Shown here in pieces: positions 1 through 10,100 of a stretch of 41,238 nucleotides of DNA (position 1 is the stretch's first letter; the number at the start of each line of letters is the position of its first letter). A model generated the notes under the pieces. It had not been told where the DNA came from and made no database searches. It was given only the letters and a program-made list of their open reading frames with translations. The position numbers and the translations under genes were made by a program. Source of the DNA: Candidatus Heimdallarchaeota archaeon (GTDB lineage: Archaea > Asgardarchaeota > Heimdallarchaeia > Heimdallarchaeales > Heimdallarchaeaceae); NCBI GenBank assembly GCA_018238545.1, contig JABCTC010000031.1:1-41238 (forward strand). The letters run 5' to 3'.

Positions 1-106
1 AATAATAATACACTAAAGTAATTTTCTTCTTGAATTTGTTTTGAGTAATATCCTTAGAATCAACTTCTACTAATTCTCCAACTTCATTTAATTTTTCTTC
101 ATTCAT
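1..106 (-). CDS. Partial (5' end) membrane protein, third paralog of the 121..624 / 806..1243 family; runs off the window edge
   Basis: Manual translation from ATG at 106: MNEEKLNEVGELVEVDSKDITQNKFKKKITLVYYY. This matches ERVGDLVDVN...KKIALIYFY and KRVGGLVDVN...RLVFY of the two neighbours. Not in the ORF track. Confidence 0.8.
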   Translation of the reverse strand, partial: MNEEKLNEVGELVEVDSKDITQNKFKKKITLVYYY

Positions 107-120
107 TTGTATAGCCTATT

Positions 121-624
121 TCATTTTTTCATGATATTCCTAATTCCATTAGATTTATTCTTAGAAAATACACCATAAAGAGTGTTCATAGTCAGTGGAC
201 TTCCGTTAGTTACAAAGTTATGTATTGAAAAAAGACTTATCGCTGACAGGATAATATTAAGTACTATGGCCGGATAGATATAGATAGGGGATAACACTTT
301 GGGCTCGCTTTTCTTTAGTATCAACCTTTCTTTTCTACTTAATTGGTAGGATAAACCCAAATTTCCTCCATGAGTTAGTGCTAATATTATAGATCCATAG
401 AGGTATCTTTGAGGAAAAGCACTGTAGGGATAAAAAGACATAGAATTGCCAGCCAAACCAAATACAAGTCCAACAAGGCTAGAAAATAGGAAGAATACGA
501 ATTGTATCAAATAGAAATAAATAAGTGCGATTTTTTTACTGAAGCCTTTCTTCGTGAAATTATCGGGATTTACATCTACTAAATCCCCAACTCTTTCTAA
601 TTCGTCGTTGTTTATCTTTTTCAT
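121..624 (-). CDS. Hypothetical 3-TM membrane protein (paralog family)
   Basis: Three hydrophobic segments; VGxLVDVN, YPY and LYGV motifs shared with 806..1243. Confidence 0.8.
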   Translation of the reverse strand: MKKINNDELERVGDLVDVNPDNFTKKGFSKKIALIYFYLIQFVFFLFSSLVGLVFGLAGNSMSFYPYSAFPQRYLYGSIILALTHGGNLGLSYQLSRKERLILKKSEPKVLSPIYIYPAIVLNIILSAISLFSIHNFVTNGSPLTMNTLYGVFSKNKSNGIRNIMKK

Positions 625-805
625 CTCCTCGGTATCATCTTGTTTTACTTAAGTCAACAATTATTTAAGATTCACTTATTTACTATGCAAAAGAATTTAA
701 AAATATATCTAGAACTTGTGAAACAAAGTATTTTTTTGCATTTGAAATATCACCTTTAGAATAGAATTTTAATCCTTGATTACAGTCTTATTTCTGTTTC
801 ATATT

Positions 806-1243
806 TTATTGATATTTTTTATAAACACCATACAATGGCGTTCCCGCAAATACCTCTGGCTGATAAAATAATCCACTGATAAAAGAATAGCCAATTAAGG
901 AAATTATCATAATTACAATTTGAACTGGTATCATTTCAATATACCGAAGTTTGCTTTTTTTCCTATAATAATAGGAAATTGTAGCATTAGCTCCAATGAG
1001 ACCAAGTAGAGTAAAAAATCCACCAAATGTCTGTCTAGGACCAATTCCATAGGGGTAGGCTGTTGGATCAGCGTGTTCCCATAAAACAAATAGATAACCA
1101 AGTAGTGAAGAAAATAAGAAGAAGAATACTTGAACCAAGTAAAAAACTAAACGACCTATGATTCTCTTTTGTTTCTTCTGTTTAAGATCTTCTAGATTCA
1201 CATCTACAAGACCCCCAACTCGTTTAATGTCTTCTGTATTCAT
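806..1243 (-). CDS. Hypothetical 3-TM membrane protein (paralog family)
   Basis: Same motifs: VGGLVDVN, QVFFFLFSSL, YPY, PLYGV; GTGA-type RBS upstream. Confidence 0.8.
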   Translation of the reverse strand: MNTEDIKRVGGLVDVNLEDLKQKKQKRIIGRLVFYLVQVFFFLFSSLLGYLFVLWEHADPTAYPYGIGPRQTFGGFFTLLGLIGANATISYYYRKKSKLRYIEMIPVQIVIMIISLIGYSFISGLFYQPEVFAGTPLYGVYKKYQ

Positions 1244-1388
1244 CTTATCACAAGATAGATTTGGATTTTTCTCATTACACCTATGAACTATTTATTAATA
1301 TGTAAATTAACTTAAAAAAGTTTCTAGAATTTGATTCTTGATCTGACGAGGATAGTACTGGTCATCATATGTTTATCTGATATTTTGA

Positions 1389-1766
1389 CTATTCTTTTCT
1401 TTGGGACAGTTGAATCCAGTTTCCTTCAATATCTTGAAAAGTTACAACTAATGCTTTACCTACATCGTTAATTTTATTTTTTCCAAAAAACATTATTCCT
1501 TTGCTCTCAAGTTTCTCAATTGAATCTTGAACATTTGCTACTTTGAAAGAAATCATTACCGGTTGTTTTTCAACTTCAGATGGATTCTCCCCCCCGAAAT
1601 CGATAGCGAATCTTGTTGGAGGTCTTTCTTCAGAGAACTTGAATTCTTGCCAACTGAAATCAGATGTTTGAAAACCTATTTCAATCTCTAAAACTTCTTT
1701 ATACCAATTTGACAGTTTTACTGGGTCTTTAGCATGGATAAAAACAACATCGATTCCTGTAATCAT
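1389..1766 (-). CDS. VOC/glyoxalase-bleomycin resistance family protein
   Basis: IDVVFIHAKD..WYKEVL, ISFKVANV, FQDIEGNWIQL pattern; 125 aa. Confidence 0.85.
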   Translation of the reverse strand: MITGIDVVFIHAKDPVKLSNWYKEVLEIEIGFQTSDFSWQEFKFSEERPPTRFAIDFGGENPSEVEKQPVMISFKVANVQDSIEKLESKGIMFFGKNKINDVGKALVVTFQDIEGNWIQLSQRKE

Positions 1767-1942
1767 TCTACTATATATTTATCTCAATATTATTATAAAT
1801 TTAGTTGTTGAAAATTGTTATTTGCTGTTCAAACAGTTCTATATTATGAAATCAAGTCTGCAGCATACTTGGTTCTATCCTCTTTCACGTAGTAAATCTT
1901 TTAATTGTACCTAATTCATTCAAATATAACCAAATTATTAAG

Positions 1943-3088
1943 GTGTTAGAATTGAAAGTTATAGTTCTGGGTGCAGGTTTAGTAGGAAACGTTATAGCAA
2001 GAGATTTTGCAGAGAATATCGACAATGATGTTTCACTTGTAGATGTAAATCAAGACACTTTGGATGGAATAACAGCTAATTACAATATTCATGGTATATG
2101 TGCTGATTTATCCAATCCAAACGTAATCAAAGAAATAATAGCAGAATACGATATTGTCATAGGAGCTCTCCCGGGATTTATGGGATTTCAAGCAGTAAAA
2201 GCTGTAATTGAAGCAGGTAAGAATATTGTAGATATTTCTTTCTTTGAAGAAGATCCTTTCGAGTTGGATGAGTTAGCTAAAGAGAAAGGTGTAACAGCTG
2301 TCATTGATGCAGGAGTTGCTCCAGGACTAAGCAATATTATTCTTGGACATGTAGACAGTGTTCTAGATGAAACACAAGATTTCTTGTGTTATGTTGGAGG
2401 ATTACCAATTATACGCGATTGGCCTTTCGAATACAAAGCACCTTTTAGTCCAATTGATGTGCTAGAGGAATATACCAGGTTAGCAAGATATGTAGAAAAC
2501 AGTGAGATAGTCGTAAAACAAGCTCTTTCTGAACCTGAATTATTAGAATTTGCAGGTGTTGGAACTCTTGAAACTTTTAACACCGATGGATTACGAACAC
2601 TGCTTAGAACCATGAACATACCGTTCATGAAAGAAAAAACTCTACGTTATCCAGGACATATAGAAAAAATGAAAATGCTAAGAGAGACAGGATTTTTTGA
2701 TAAAAAAACTATTAAGATAAATGGAAAAGAAATCAGACCTCTTGATCTTACTTCAAAGCTTTTGTTCGATAAATGGAAGATGGAAGAAGGAGATGAAGAC
2801 CTAACTGTAATGAAAGTCACTGTTGAGGGGATAAAGGAAGAGAAGAAACTCAGGTACTCATACTATATGCTTGATAAATACGATAAAGAGAAGAAAGTTA
2901 TCTCAATGGCTAGAACAACAGGTTATACCTGTACAGCTATAGTTAAACAAATTATAGAGGGCGTTTATGACAAGAAGGGCATCATCCCTCCAGAATATCT
3001 TGGAAAACATCTTGAAACATACACAGCTATAATTGAAGAGTTAGCAAAGCGAAATGTCATAATAAAAGAAGAAATCCAAGAGATATAA
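1943..3088 (+). CDS. Saccharopine dehydrogenase / lysine 6-dehydrogenase family oxidoreductase
   Basis: Rossmann GAGLVG; DAGVAPGLSN; YVGGLP; EKTLRYPGH; MARTTGY. Confidence 0.88.
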   Translation: MLELKVIVLGAGLVGNVIARDFAENIDNDVSLVDVNQDTLDGITANYNIHGICADLSNPNVIKEIIAEYDIVIGALPGFMGFQAVKAVIEAGKNIVDISFFEEDPFELDELAKEKGVTAVIDAGVAPGLSNIILGHVDSVLDETQDFLCYVGGLPIIRDWPFEYKAPFSPIDVLEEYTRLARYVENSEIVVKQALSEPELLEFAGVGTLETFNTDGLRTLLRTMNIPFMKEKTLRYPGHIEKMKMLRETGFFDKKTIKINGKEIRPLDLTSKLLFDKWKMEEGDEDLTVMKVTVEGIKEEKKLRYSYYMLDKYDKEKKVISMARTTGYTCTAIVKQIIEGVYDKKGIIPPEYLGKHLETYTAIIEELAKRNVIIKEEIQEI

Positions 3089-3163
3089 GCTGTTAACCTA
3101 TCCTCTTCTTCTAATTCGTAGAAAAAAGATATAAGCCTAATAGTATCTTTAAAACTGAAAAGA

Positions 3164-4534
3164 ATGTCAGAAATTTTAAAAGCTATTGTCATTGGAGCAG
3201 GTGATAGAGGAGCAGACATCTATGGAAATTATGCTTTAAGACATCCAAACGACATCAAGGTTATTGCAGTAGCGGAACCTATTGAAGAACGTAGGAAGGT
3301 TTTCATACAAAAACATGATATTAAGGAAGAAAATAGTTTTACTAGCTGGGAAGATATCCTAGCTAAGGAAAAACTTGCAGATATCGCTATTATTGCTACT
3401 CAAGACAAAATGCACTTTGAACCAGCTATTCTAGCCATGGAGAGAGGTTATGATGTCTTATTGGAGAAACCTATGGCAGTATCTATTAAACAATGCAAAA
3501 AATTAGTCAAAGTAGCTAAAAAAACAGGGAAGATACTTCAAATTGGTCATGTTCTGAGATACACTAAATTCTTTTCGAAAATCAAGAATATTATTGATTC
3601 TGGGAAAATTGGCAAAGTAGCTAATATCTCTTTAAGAGAGAATGTTTCGTCTTTTCATTATGCTCATTCTTTTGTTAGAGGTAATTGGCATAATCGTGAT
3701 AAAGCAAGCCCGATGATTCTAGCAAAATCATGTCATGACCTAGACATTCTTTATTGGTTTATAGGAAGCAAAGCAAAGAAAATAAGTTCATTTGGTTCTC
3801 AAGCATTTTTCGGAAGAAAAAATCAACCTGAAGGTGCGCCAGATAGGTGTCTAGAAGGTTGCCCTATTTCATCTTCTTGTTTGTATTTCGCTCCTAGAAT
3901 CTATATTGATATTGAACCTCTGTTACAAATTTCAAGTAAAGGTGGTAATGGTTATGATAGATTTTTCGCAAAAATTATTTTACGTTATCCTAATTTGAAA
4001 AAATATAAGGCTTTCAAAAAAGTAAGAGAGTATAGTGGTTGGCCAGTAAATGTAATTTCCAATGATCTTTCCTTTGAGGGTAAGATGAAGGCTTTAGAGG
4101 AAACAGATTATGGTAAATGTGTTTATGCCATAGACGATCATGATGTAGTTGATCATCAAGTAGTTAACATAGAATTTGAGAATAATGTTACAGCATCTTT
4201 CACAATGCATGGGTTCTCCCATGAAGAGGGACGAACTTTGAGGATTGACGGCACTAAAGGTACCCTCATTGGAGAATTTCTCATGTCTGGTGAAAAAATT
4301 AAACTAATTGATGCATATACTGGAAAAGAGGAAATAATACACGAAGCCAATATTCTCGCTGGTCATGGTGGAGGAGATGATAAACTAATGGCTGCTTTCA
4401 TTAAGAACGCTAGAGAAAAGAATCAAGAATCTTTATCAGAAGGAGATGAAGCACTAGAATCACATCTAATGGCATTCGCATCTGATATATCAAGAATTGA
4501 GAATAGGGTTGTAAAAATGAAAGAATTGCGATAG
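3164..4534 (+). CDS. Gfo/Idh/MocA family NAD(P)-dependent oxidoreductase
   Basis: IGAGDRG, LEKPMA, LAKSCHDLD, GHGGGD. Confidence 0.9.
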   Translation: MSEILKAIVIGAGDRGADIYGNYALRHPNDIKVIAVAEPIEERRKVFIQKHDIKEENSFTSWEDILAKEKLADIAIIATQDKMHFEPAILAMERGYDVLLEKPMAVSIKQCKKLVKVAKKTGKILQIGHVLRYTKFFSKIKNIIDSGKIGKVANISLRENVSSFHYAHSFVRGNWHNRDKASPMILAKSCHDLDILYWFIGSKAKKISSFGSQAFFGRKNQPEGAPDRCLEGCPISSSCLYFAPRIYIDIEPLLQISSKGGNGYDRFFAKIILRYPNLKKYKAFKKVREYSGWPVNVISNDLSFEGKMKALEETDYGKCVYAIDDHDVVDHQVVNIEFENNVTASFTMHGFSHEEGRTLRIDGTKGTLIGEFLMSGEKIKLIDAYTGKEEIIHEANILAGHGGGDDKLMAAFIKNAREKNQESLSEGDEALESHLMAFASDISRIENRVVKMKELR

Positions 4535-4583
4535 ATAATTTGTTCAACATAAACTTATTAACATGAAAGTTGTAGCTAGAGTA

Positions 4584-5183
4584 ATGATACAGAATCTTAT
4601 AATTACAACAACAGAAGGACTGCCATTATTTGCTCGTTCTTTAATGTGTCATATCGGGATGGATTGTATAGATTTAGCTAAAGATAACACCTTCACAGAT
4701 GAAACAGTTCTCAACTCTGCTCTGTTTAGTGCTAAATTAATATTCGATGAAGTACACCCTAATGACTTCCATGATTTTAAGATGGAAAAATCAATTGCAT
4801 TAACATTTCCGACATCTAAAATAACAGTAATTCTGAACATAGATCCTTCAGATGATGTCGACATATACAAAAATAGACTAAGACTTTTCGCAGATTTGTT
4901 TGTAAAACAATATGACCTCTATCTGCAAGATTTCAACGGGAATATTGACCCATTTACTTCTTTTCAAGATATAATAGCAGAAGAAGGATTACTCGAAGAA
5001 GGGGAAAAATTCAGGAAAAACTGCGTAGAATGTGAGTATGATAAAGCATGTGTTTACAGAATAGAGACAGGAGATATCAAAAGAACATTTAAGGAAAGAT
5101 TCGAATCTATAGTGCCTATAGGTTTCCTCAAAAAACTCATGCTTATTATGATCGGAATGTTTCAGCCTAGATATATGTTTTAA
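4584..5183 (+). CDS. Longin-fold protein with Cys motifs and a hydrophobic C-terminal tail
   Basis: IQNLIITTTEGLPLFARS...LNSALFSA...LFVKQY...FNGNIDPFTSF is a typical Asgard longin pattern; CVECEYDKAC follows. ATG at 4584 preferred over 4563. Confidence 0.65.
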   Translation: MIQNLIITTTEGLPLFARSLMCHIGMDCIDLAKDNTFTDETVLNSALFSAKLIFDEVHPNDFHDFKMEKSIALTFPTSKITVILNIDPSDDVDIYKNRLRLFADLFVKQYDLYLQDFNGNIDPFTSFQDIIAEEGLLEEGEKFRKNCVECEYDKACVYRIETGDIKRTFKERFESIVPIGFLKKLMLIMIGMFQPRYMF

Positions 5184-5357
5184 AGGAAAAATAAGTAGTT
5201 TAATGCTTTTTTCAATTTTATATATGAAATCGTTTACATTGAATCTCTTGTACTGAAAATATTTTTGCGAAAGCCAAAATTGTGTATATAAAGGTTTCCT
5301 TGAAAAAATTTTTTGCCAAAAAATGTTTTGTTGCAAGCAATTTTATATTTTTGATAA

Positions 5358-6386
5358 ATGCTGTATACTTTATGTATGATAATGAATCATAAACACCTAA
5401 CAATCCCCTATCGAGAAGAAACTCATGGGGATTTCGCTCAAGAATGGTTACCCCACAAAAAGGTTTCTGGCTGGTGGTATTTAACTGGATATTTGCAGGA
5501 TTTAGAAAATCCTTCTCATCTCTACTCCTACCAGTATACTGTCATTAAACCACACATCTATGGGATGACTATGTATGTTTCAATGATTGGTTTTACCAAT
5601 TTTCAAACAAAAGAACATCTCTATCATCAAAGATTCGGATTTCGTGGAAGGAAAATATTTGTAAACAATGAACAGGTTGTTTTTCAGCCTTATAGTAAGC
5701 TTCAAAGAAAGGGTAATAATTTTCAACTTGATGTTACAACAGAGGAACTGACATTAAATCTTCAATTGAATTCAGGAAAGGGTGCTTTTTGGCATGGAGA
5801 TGATGGTGTTTTGGTGATGGGGTTGCCGGATGAACCTCGACAACGAACGGTTTACTATTCATATCCTAATATGCCGACCACTGGGGATGCAATTTTAAGA
5901 AAGAAAAATGGAGAAACGGTAAATCTAAAACTTGCAGGGAAATCCTGGTTTGATCGTCAATGGGGTCCATATGAAATAACCAATGCAGATACTTATTGGG
6001 AATGGTTCTCTTTGCGCTTTTTTGATGATGAAGAGATTATGCTTTTTGCTTTTCCACAGCACCCTTATCATGATGGGTCATACATTGATAAAGAAGGTGA
6101 AAGGTTTCCAGTCAGAAATTACTCTTATACACCTCATAATTTAATCGAGGTTGACGGGTACACTTTTTCTGAAGGCTGGGATTTAACTATTCCTGGAATT
6201 AAAGAGGAAAAATATAAGATAGTTCCTTTAATGAAAGGTCAAGTAAATCTTGCTTATTTTGAGTTAATGGCAGAAATTATAAACATGAAAGGTGAACGTG
6301 TGGGGTATTGTTTTGTTGAGCTTTTACCGGGTGTCCGAGGATCAAATAAGAAAATTTCACCCAAATATCTCTTGAAAAAAAGGTAA
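5358..6386 (+). CDS. AttH/CrtC-like lipocalin-domain protein (carotenoid hydratase-like fold)
   Basis: GWWYLTG, YYSYP, GKSWFDRQWG, WEWFSL, GYCFVEL; true start may be slightly downstream (5382). Confidence 0.8.
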   Translation: MLYTLCMIMNHKHLTIPYREETHGDFAQEWLPHKKVSGWWYLTGYLQDLENPSHLYSYQYTVIKPHIYGMTMYVSMIGFTNFQTKEHLYHQRFGFRGRKIFVNNEQVVFQPYSKLQRKGNNFQLDVTTEELTLNLQLNSGKGAFWHGDDGVLVMGLPDEPRQRTVYYSYPNMPTTGDAILRKKNGETVNLKLAGKSWFDRQWGPYEITNADTYWEWFSLRFFDDEEIMLFAFPQHPYHDGSYIDKEGERFPVRNYSYTPHNLIEVDGYTFSEGWDLTIPGIKEEKYKIVPLMKGQVNLAYFELMAEIINMKGERVGYCFVELLPGVRGSNKKISPKYLLKKR

Positions 6387-6411
6387 ATTAGCTTTTAGCT
6401 AATTTTTTTTT
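6385..6411 (+). terminator. Hairpin plus T-tract terminator
   Basis: AAATTAGCT-TTT-AGCTAATTT perfect 9-bp stem at the stop codon, running into a T9 tract, between convergent genes. Confidence 0.6.
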
Positions 6412-6477
6412 AAACATATAATATTAATAAATACTTGAAAATCTAAGATATAAAAATCAAAAGAAAATAACTGATTT

Positions 6478-8202
6478 CTATTGTTTCGGAAACATGACAT
6501 TATATGTTACATACAAGAGTATAGCCGCGACAACTTCTGCTATTCCAAGGTAAATGAAACCATAAGCTGAAATGAATATAAAAACACCCATTAATACAAA
6601 TGTGAAAACAATTACAAGAACATGTTTCACGAATTTATTTTCATTTTTGATTTCTTCTAAAACGATTTTATGTTTCATTTTACCAAAAAGACGAGCTTTG
6701 AAAAACAAACTAGCAAGACCTATTATTGGTATAACAGGTAAGAATGCTAAAGCAAAAGAAATCATAATTATAAATTGTGAGGTCCCAATTTTCGTTAACA
6801 TAGCTACAATTAATGCAAGTGGGATAGTCACTAAAAAGTGGGGTAATTTAGATTTCACTTGGTCTCTAACTGAAATCGGTAGAGAAGCTGTTATTGTAGA
6901 ACCACCAGATTCGATGTTTGTAAGACCTATTACAAGCATGACAGAAACCATGGAAACATAGAACAGAGCCATAATCATTACAAATGTCAAACCTGCAGAT
7001 CCAATAAGCTGTTGCGCTTCCATGGGAATAAAAAGCATATAGAGAGGTATCATAAAAGGCATGATAAGTATCATGACTGAGCTCATCTCTCTGGTAATTA
7101 TTGCAAAATCTCTTTTAAGAAAAGCGATAGTTGGTCCATTTGTTTTGATCTTGATATCCTCAACAAAAACTTCCTTCTTCTCTTTGCTGTATTTTTTGAG
7201 TTCTGTAGAAGTTATTTTTCTTAAGGTCGAAAGAGCTTTTCTGTAAACAAGATAGGTGAGAAATACAAAGAGAATTATGCCTAGAATCGAACTTCCCAAT
7301 AATACTCCTGAAACATTTGAGACATCCATTGCCATAATTGTTAGCAAGTATCCTCCTGCAAATGGAAATGGTAAAATGCTTAGAACGATGTTTACTATAT
7401 TAGTTGTACCAGCAGACCAACTCTGCAAAACATAAAGTTCTGGAATTTTAGCAATAGCTATTTGTATAAGATACATTGCCCCCATTGAGACTGTCATATA
7501 AAGAACCATACTCAAAACACGAATAATATTTGTTTTTCGGCTATTAACTTCTTGATCTCCCATAATTATAGCCATTTTCCTGCTAATAATTACCAAAAGG
7601 CTCAGATTAAAAACGAGGTTAATTATGGATAAAAATATACTTGTAATGATTAGCAGTACTAAGCTAAGAACACTAATTTCAGAACCTAATACCAACACAA
7701 TACTCGTCACAATACCCGCAGGAAGAACTAAGGACATGGATATCAATTGGACATTTATACTTCTAAGGAAAGTGAAAAATCCAATCCTCTCAATATCTTT
7801 TTTACCTAAGGGTAAAGTATGAATCCATTTGTATGGACCTCCAGACATTAAACCCCAAGTGAACATAAATGAAAAAATCAAAAGAACAGCTGGTTGCATT
7901 ACAAGAAATCCACTTATTGAAAGACCTCCTACAAAAGTTACCCAACTAGAATCTATTCCACTACCTAAAGTCGAATGAATTGTTATTAAGGAGAATATTG
8001 GAATTGTAACTAAACCGGCGATGTATATCGCAGACATGACTTTTAAGATGATATCTGGAGATCTTTGCATTTTATCTTTGTCAATTTTTTCCAAAAAACG
8101 TGCTTGGTCACTTCCTGCCGATTGTAGTTGACCTTGAAGAATACCTTCGCGATAAACTCTCTTGGATATACGATAAAGATCTTTGTTATTCAACATAGTC
8201 AA
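6478..8202 (-). CDS. Putative ABC-2 type exporter permease
   Basis: About 12-14 TM segments, two TLP/SLP...repeat halves, abuts the ABC ATPase; ATG at 8196 is a likely start. Confidence 0.8.
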   Translation of the reverse strand: MTMLNNKDLYRISKRVYREGILQGQLQSAGSDQARFLEKIDKDKMQRSPDIILKVMSAIYIAGLVTIPIFSLITIHSTLGSGIDSSWVTFVGGLSISGFLVMQPAVLLIFSFMFTWGLMSGGPYKWIHTLPLGKKDIERIGFFTFLRSINVQLISMSLVLPAGIVTSIVLVLGSEISVLSLVLLIITSIFLSIINLVFNLSLLVIISRKMAIIMGDQEVNSRKTNIIRVLSMVLYMTVSMGAMYLIQIAIAKIPELYVLQSWSAGTTNIVNIVLSILPFPFAGGYLLTIMAMDVSNVSGVLLGSSILGIILFVFLTYLVYRKALSTLRKITSTELKKYSKEKKEVFVEDIKIKTNGPTIAFLKRDFAIITREMSSVMILIMPFMIPLYMLFIPMEAQQLIGSAGLTFVMIMALFYVSMVSVMLVIGLTNIESGGSTITASLPISVRDQVKSKLPHFLVTIPLALIVAMLTKIGTSQFIIMISFALAFLPVIPIIGLASLFFKARLFGKMKHKIVLEEIKNENKFVKHVLVIVFTFVLMGVFIFISAYGFIYLGIAEVVAAILLYVTYNVMFPKQ

Positions 8203-9018
8203 TCAGCTTCGTTTGTTACAATTCATCATGTTTCGGAGGTTTTTCACTATATGATTAACCGATTCATCTTGGTTAGTAAGTTTAAGAAAAATATCTTCTA
8301 GATCAGCACCTACTTTGTTAACCATTTTAGATAACTCTTCAACTGTACCCATAGCGATTATCTTTCCTCTGTCCATAATTGCTATACGATCACACATCTC
8401 TTCAGCAACTTCAAGAATGTGAGTGGAGAAAATAACAGAACCTCCCCTTTCTTTATGCAAATCTAAGATTTCTTTAACAACTTTAGCAGATTTAGCATCT
8501 AAACCAGTTAAGGGTTCATCCATTATAAGTAAGAGAGGATCGTGAATCAAAGCAGCGATAACTTGCATTTTCTGTTTATTTCCTCTTGACAAAGTTGCAA
8601 CAAGTTTGTCATAGTATTCAACCGCTTCAAAACTTTCAAAATAATACTGCAACTTCTCTGTTGTTTCGGATTCATCCATTCCTCTAATAGATGCAATAAA
8701 ATTGAACAACATTCTTGGGGTCATAGATTTGTAAATTAGTGGATCTTCGGAAACGTAACCAATATTGCGTTTAATTTCAATATCATCTGTACCAGGATCA
8801 AGTCCGAATACTCTGATTTCTCCCTGTTCTTGTTCTAGAAGACCTAAAATCTGTTTAATAGTAGTGGTCTTTCCAGCCCCGTTGGGACCAAGAATCCCGA
8901 AGATTTCACCTGGCTTAACTTCAAAAGAAATATTGTTAACTGCTACAACAGTTCCAAAAGATTTTGTTAAGTTAGTTACACTAACCATTGCACTTTTTTC
9001 AGTAGTCATAATTCCCAC
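8203..9018 (-). CDS. ABC transporter ATP-binding protein (ABC-2/CcmA-like)
   Basis: Walker A GPNGAGKTT, signature LSRGNKQK, Walker B LIMDEP, H-loop STH; ATG at 9009 is a likely start. Confidence 0.93.
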   Translation of the reverse strand: MGIMTTEKSAMVSVTNLTKSFGTVVAVNNISFEVKPGEIFGILGPNGAGKTTTIKQILGLLEQEQGEIRVFGLDPGTDDIEIKRNIGYVSEDPLIYKSMTPRMLFNFIASIRGMDESETTEKLQYYFESFEAVEYYDKLVATLSRGNKQKMQVIAALIHDPLLLIMDEPLTGLDAKSAKVVKEILDLHKERGGSVIFSTHILEVAEEMCDRIAIMDRGKIIAMGTVEELSKMVNKVGADLEDIFLKLTNQDESVNHIVKNLRNMMNCNKRS

Positions 9019-9185
9019 AATTCTCCGTCTACGATAGTGAAATTGGTAATTTCAAGAATTACAGAACATTGACTTTTATTAATCTATGTTTTCAAATATA
9101 ATATAACTTTAAATTAAATGTTAATCAAAATATTAAATTAAGAAAGTTGTTCCTTTGTTTTGATAAATTCAAAGGAATAAGATTT

Positions 9186-9638
9186 TTATTTTATTTTTTT
9201 TTCCTTTTTGTTTTTCCTTGATTTTGAATAGTAAGTTTCTAACCTTTCAATAATGTCTTTATTCTCCTCTTTCTGAGCAAATTCCACAAACTTTTTTATC
9301 GCTTGTGCTGTTTCCTGAGAGATTATATGTTCAACTAAACAAGCATCGCTTGAAGCAATTGAACTAGTAATATTTATAATGTTAAAAAAATCTTCAATAT
9401 CTTTGTGTGTTTCTATAAGTTGTTTGCCTAATTTAAATCCCTTTTTAGTCAAAGTAACTCCCTTATATTTCTCATACTTGACTAGTTTTTCATCATCCAA
9501 TTTTTGAACCATCTCAGTAACAGTAGCAAGACTGTTTAATCCCAATTCATTCTTTATATCACTAACTTTCGCTATTTCTTTTTCTAAACAAATAATATAA
9601 ATCGTTTCGATGTACTCCTCTATTCTAACAGTCGTCAT
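9186..9638 (-). CDS. DtxR/MntR-family metal-dependent transcriptional regulator
   Basis: EEYIETIY, HTH ATVTEMVQKL, VTLTKKG, H...E...DACLVEH metal ligands; divergent from the feo operon. Confidence 0.92.
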   Translation of the reverse strand: MTTVRIEEYIETIYIICLEKEIAKVSDIKNELGLNSLATVTEMVQKLDDEKLVKYEKYKGVTLTKKGFKLGKQLIETHKDIEDFFNIINITSSIASSDACLVEHIISQETAQAIKKFVEFAQKEENKDIIERLETYYSKSRKNKKEKKIK

Positions 9639-9743
9639 ATGAATTCACCAGAGTTAAACATATAAATGTTGATTGCTCGTTTATTAATTTGCTTGTTAGC
9701 TTTGTGTTTCGTAGTTAATAAATTCTGGCGCATTTTATATTCT

Positions 9744-9763
9744 TTTTGGTTTATAACCCAAAA
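9744..9763. promoter_or_regulatory. Imperfect 20-bp palindrome upstream of the feo TATA box
   Basis: TTTTGGTTTATAACCCAAAA, 18/20 identical to its reverse complement. Confidence 0.4.
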
Positions 9764-9790
9764 CAAGACAAAATTTTAAATATAGGCAGG

Positions 9791-9828
9791 ATTTCGGACA
9801 ACCGAAATAATGTTTCGGATAACCGAAT
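9791..9828. promoter_or_regulatory. Tandem palindromic operators, putative DtxR-family binding sites
   Basis: ATTTCGG-ACAA-CCGAAAT (9791-9808, perfect 7-4-7) and TTTCGG-ATAA-CCGAAT (9813-9828), offset 21 bp, just downstream of TATA-like TTTAAATA (9775-9782). Confidence 0.8.
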
Positions 9829-9852
9829 TATGACATTGGTTGGAGTGATTAA

Positions 9853-10089
9853 ATGACGAAGAAAGAAATAACGTTAGATCAACTAGAAGTTGGAGATGTA
9901 GCTACGGTGGTAAAAATAAGCATATCAGGAGATTTAAGACGCAGACTCATGGAAATGGGCTTAACAAAAAATACAGTGGTTACAGTAATTGGAAAGGCAC
10001 CTCTTGGTGATCCAATTGAGTACAAATTTAGAAATTACAATTTGACTCTTCGGAAAGAAGAAGCAAACAAAGTGATTGTTGAATGTTAA
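9853..10089 (+). CDS. feoA: Ferrous iron transport protein A
   Basis: LRRRLMEMGL, APLGDPI, LRKEEA. Confidence 0.95.
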   Translation: MTKKEITLDQLEVGDVATVVKISISGDLRRRLMEMGLTKNTVVTVIGKAPLGDPIEYKFRNYNLTLRKEEANKVIVEC

Positions 10090-10100
10090 CCAGGGAGGTT

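Noticed and set aside
121-850. C-terminal YGVF/YGVY as YxxPhi-type endocytic sorting signals
   Set aside because: The positive-inside pattern with 3 TMs puts the C-tail outside the cell, and there is no supporting evidence
5264-5279. TTTGCG-AAAG-CCAAAA, a weak resemblance to the iron operator, upstream of the AttH-like gene
   Set aside because: Three mismatches in 12 informative positions within AT-rich DNA; not distinguishable from chance
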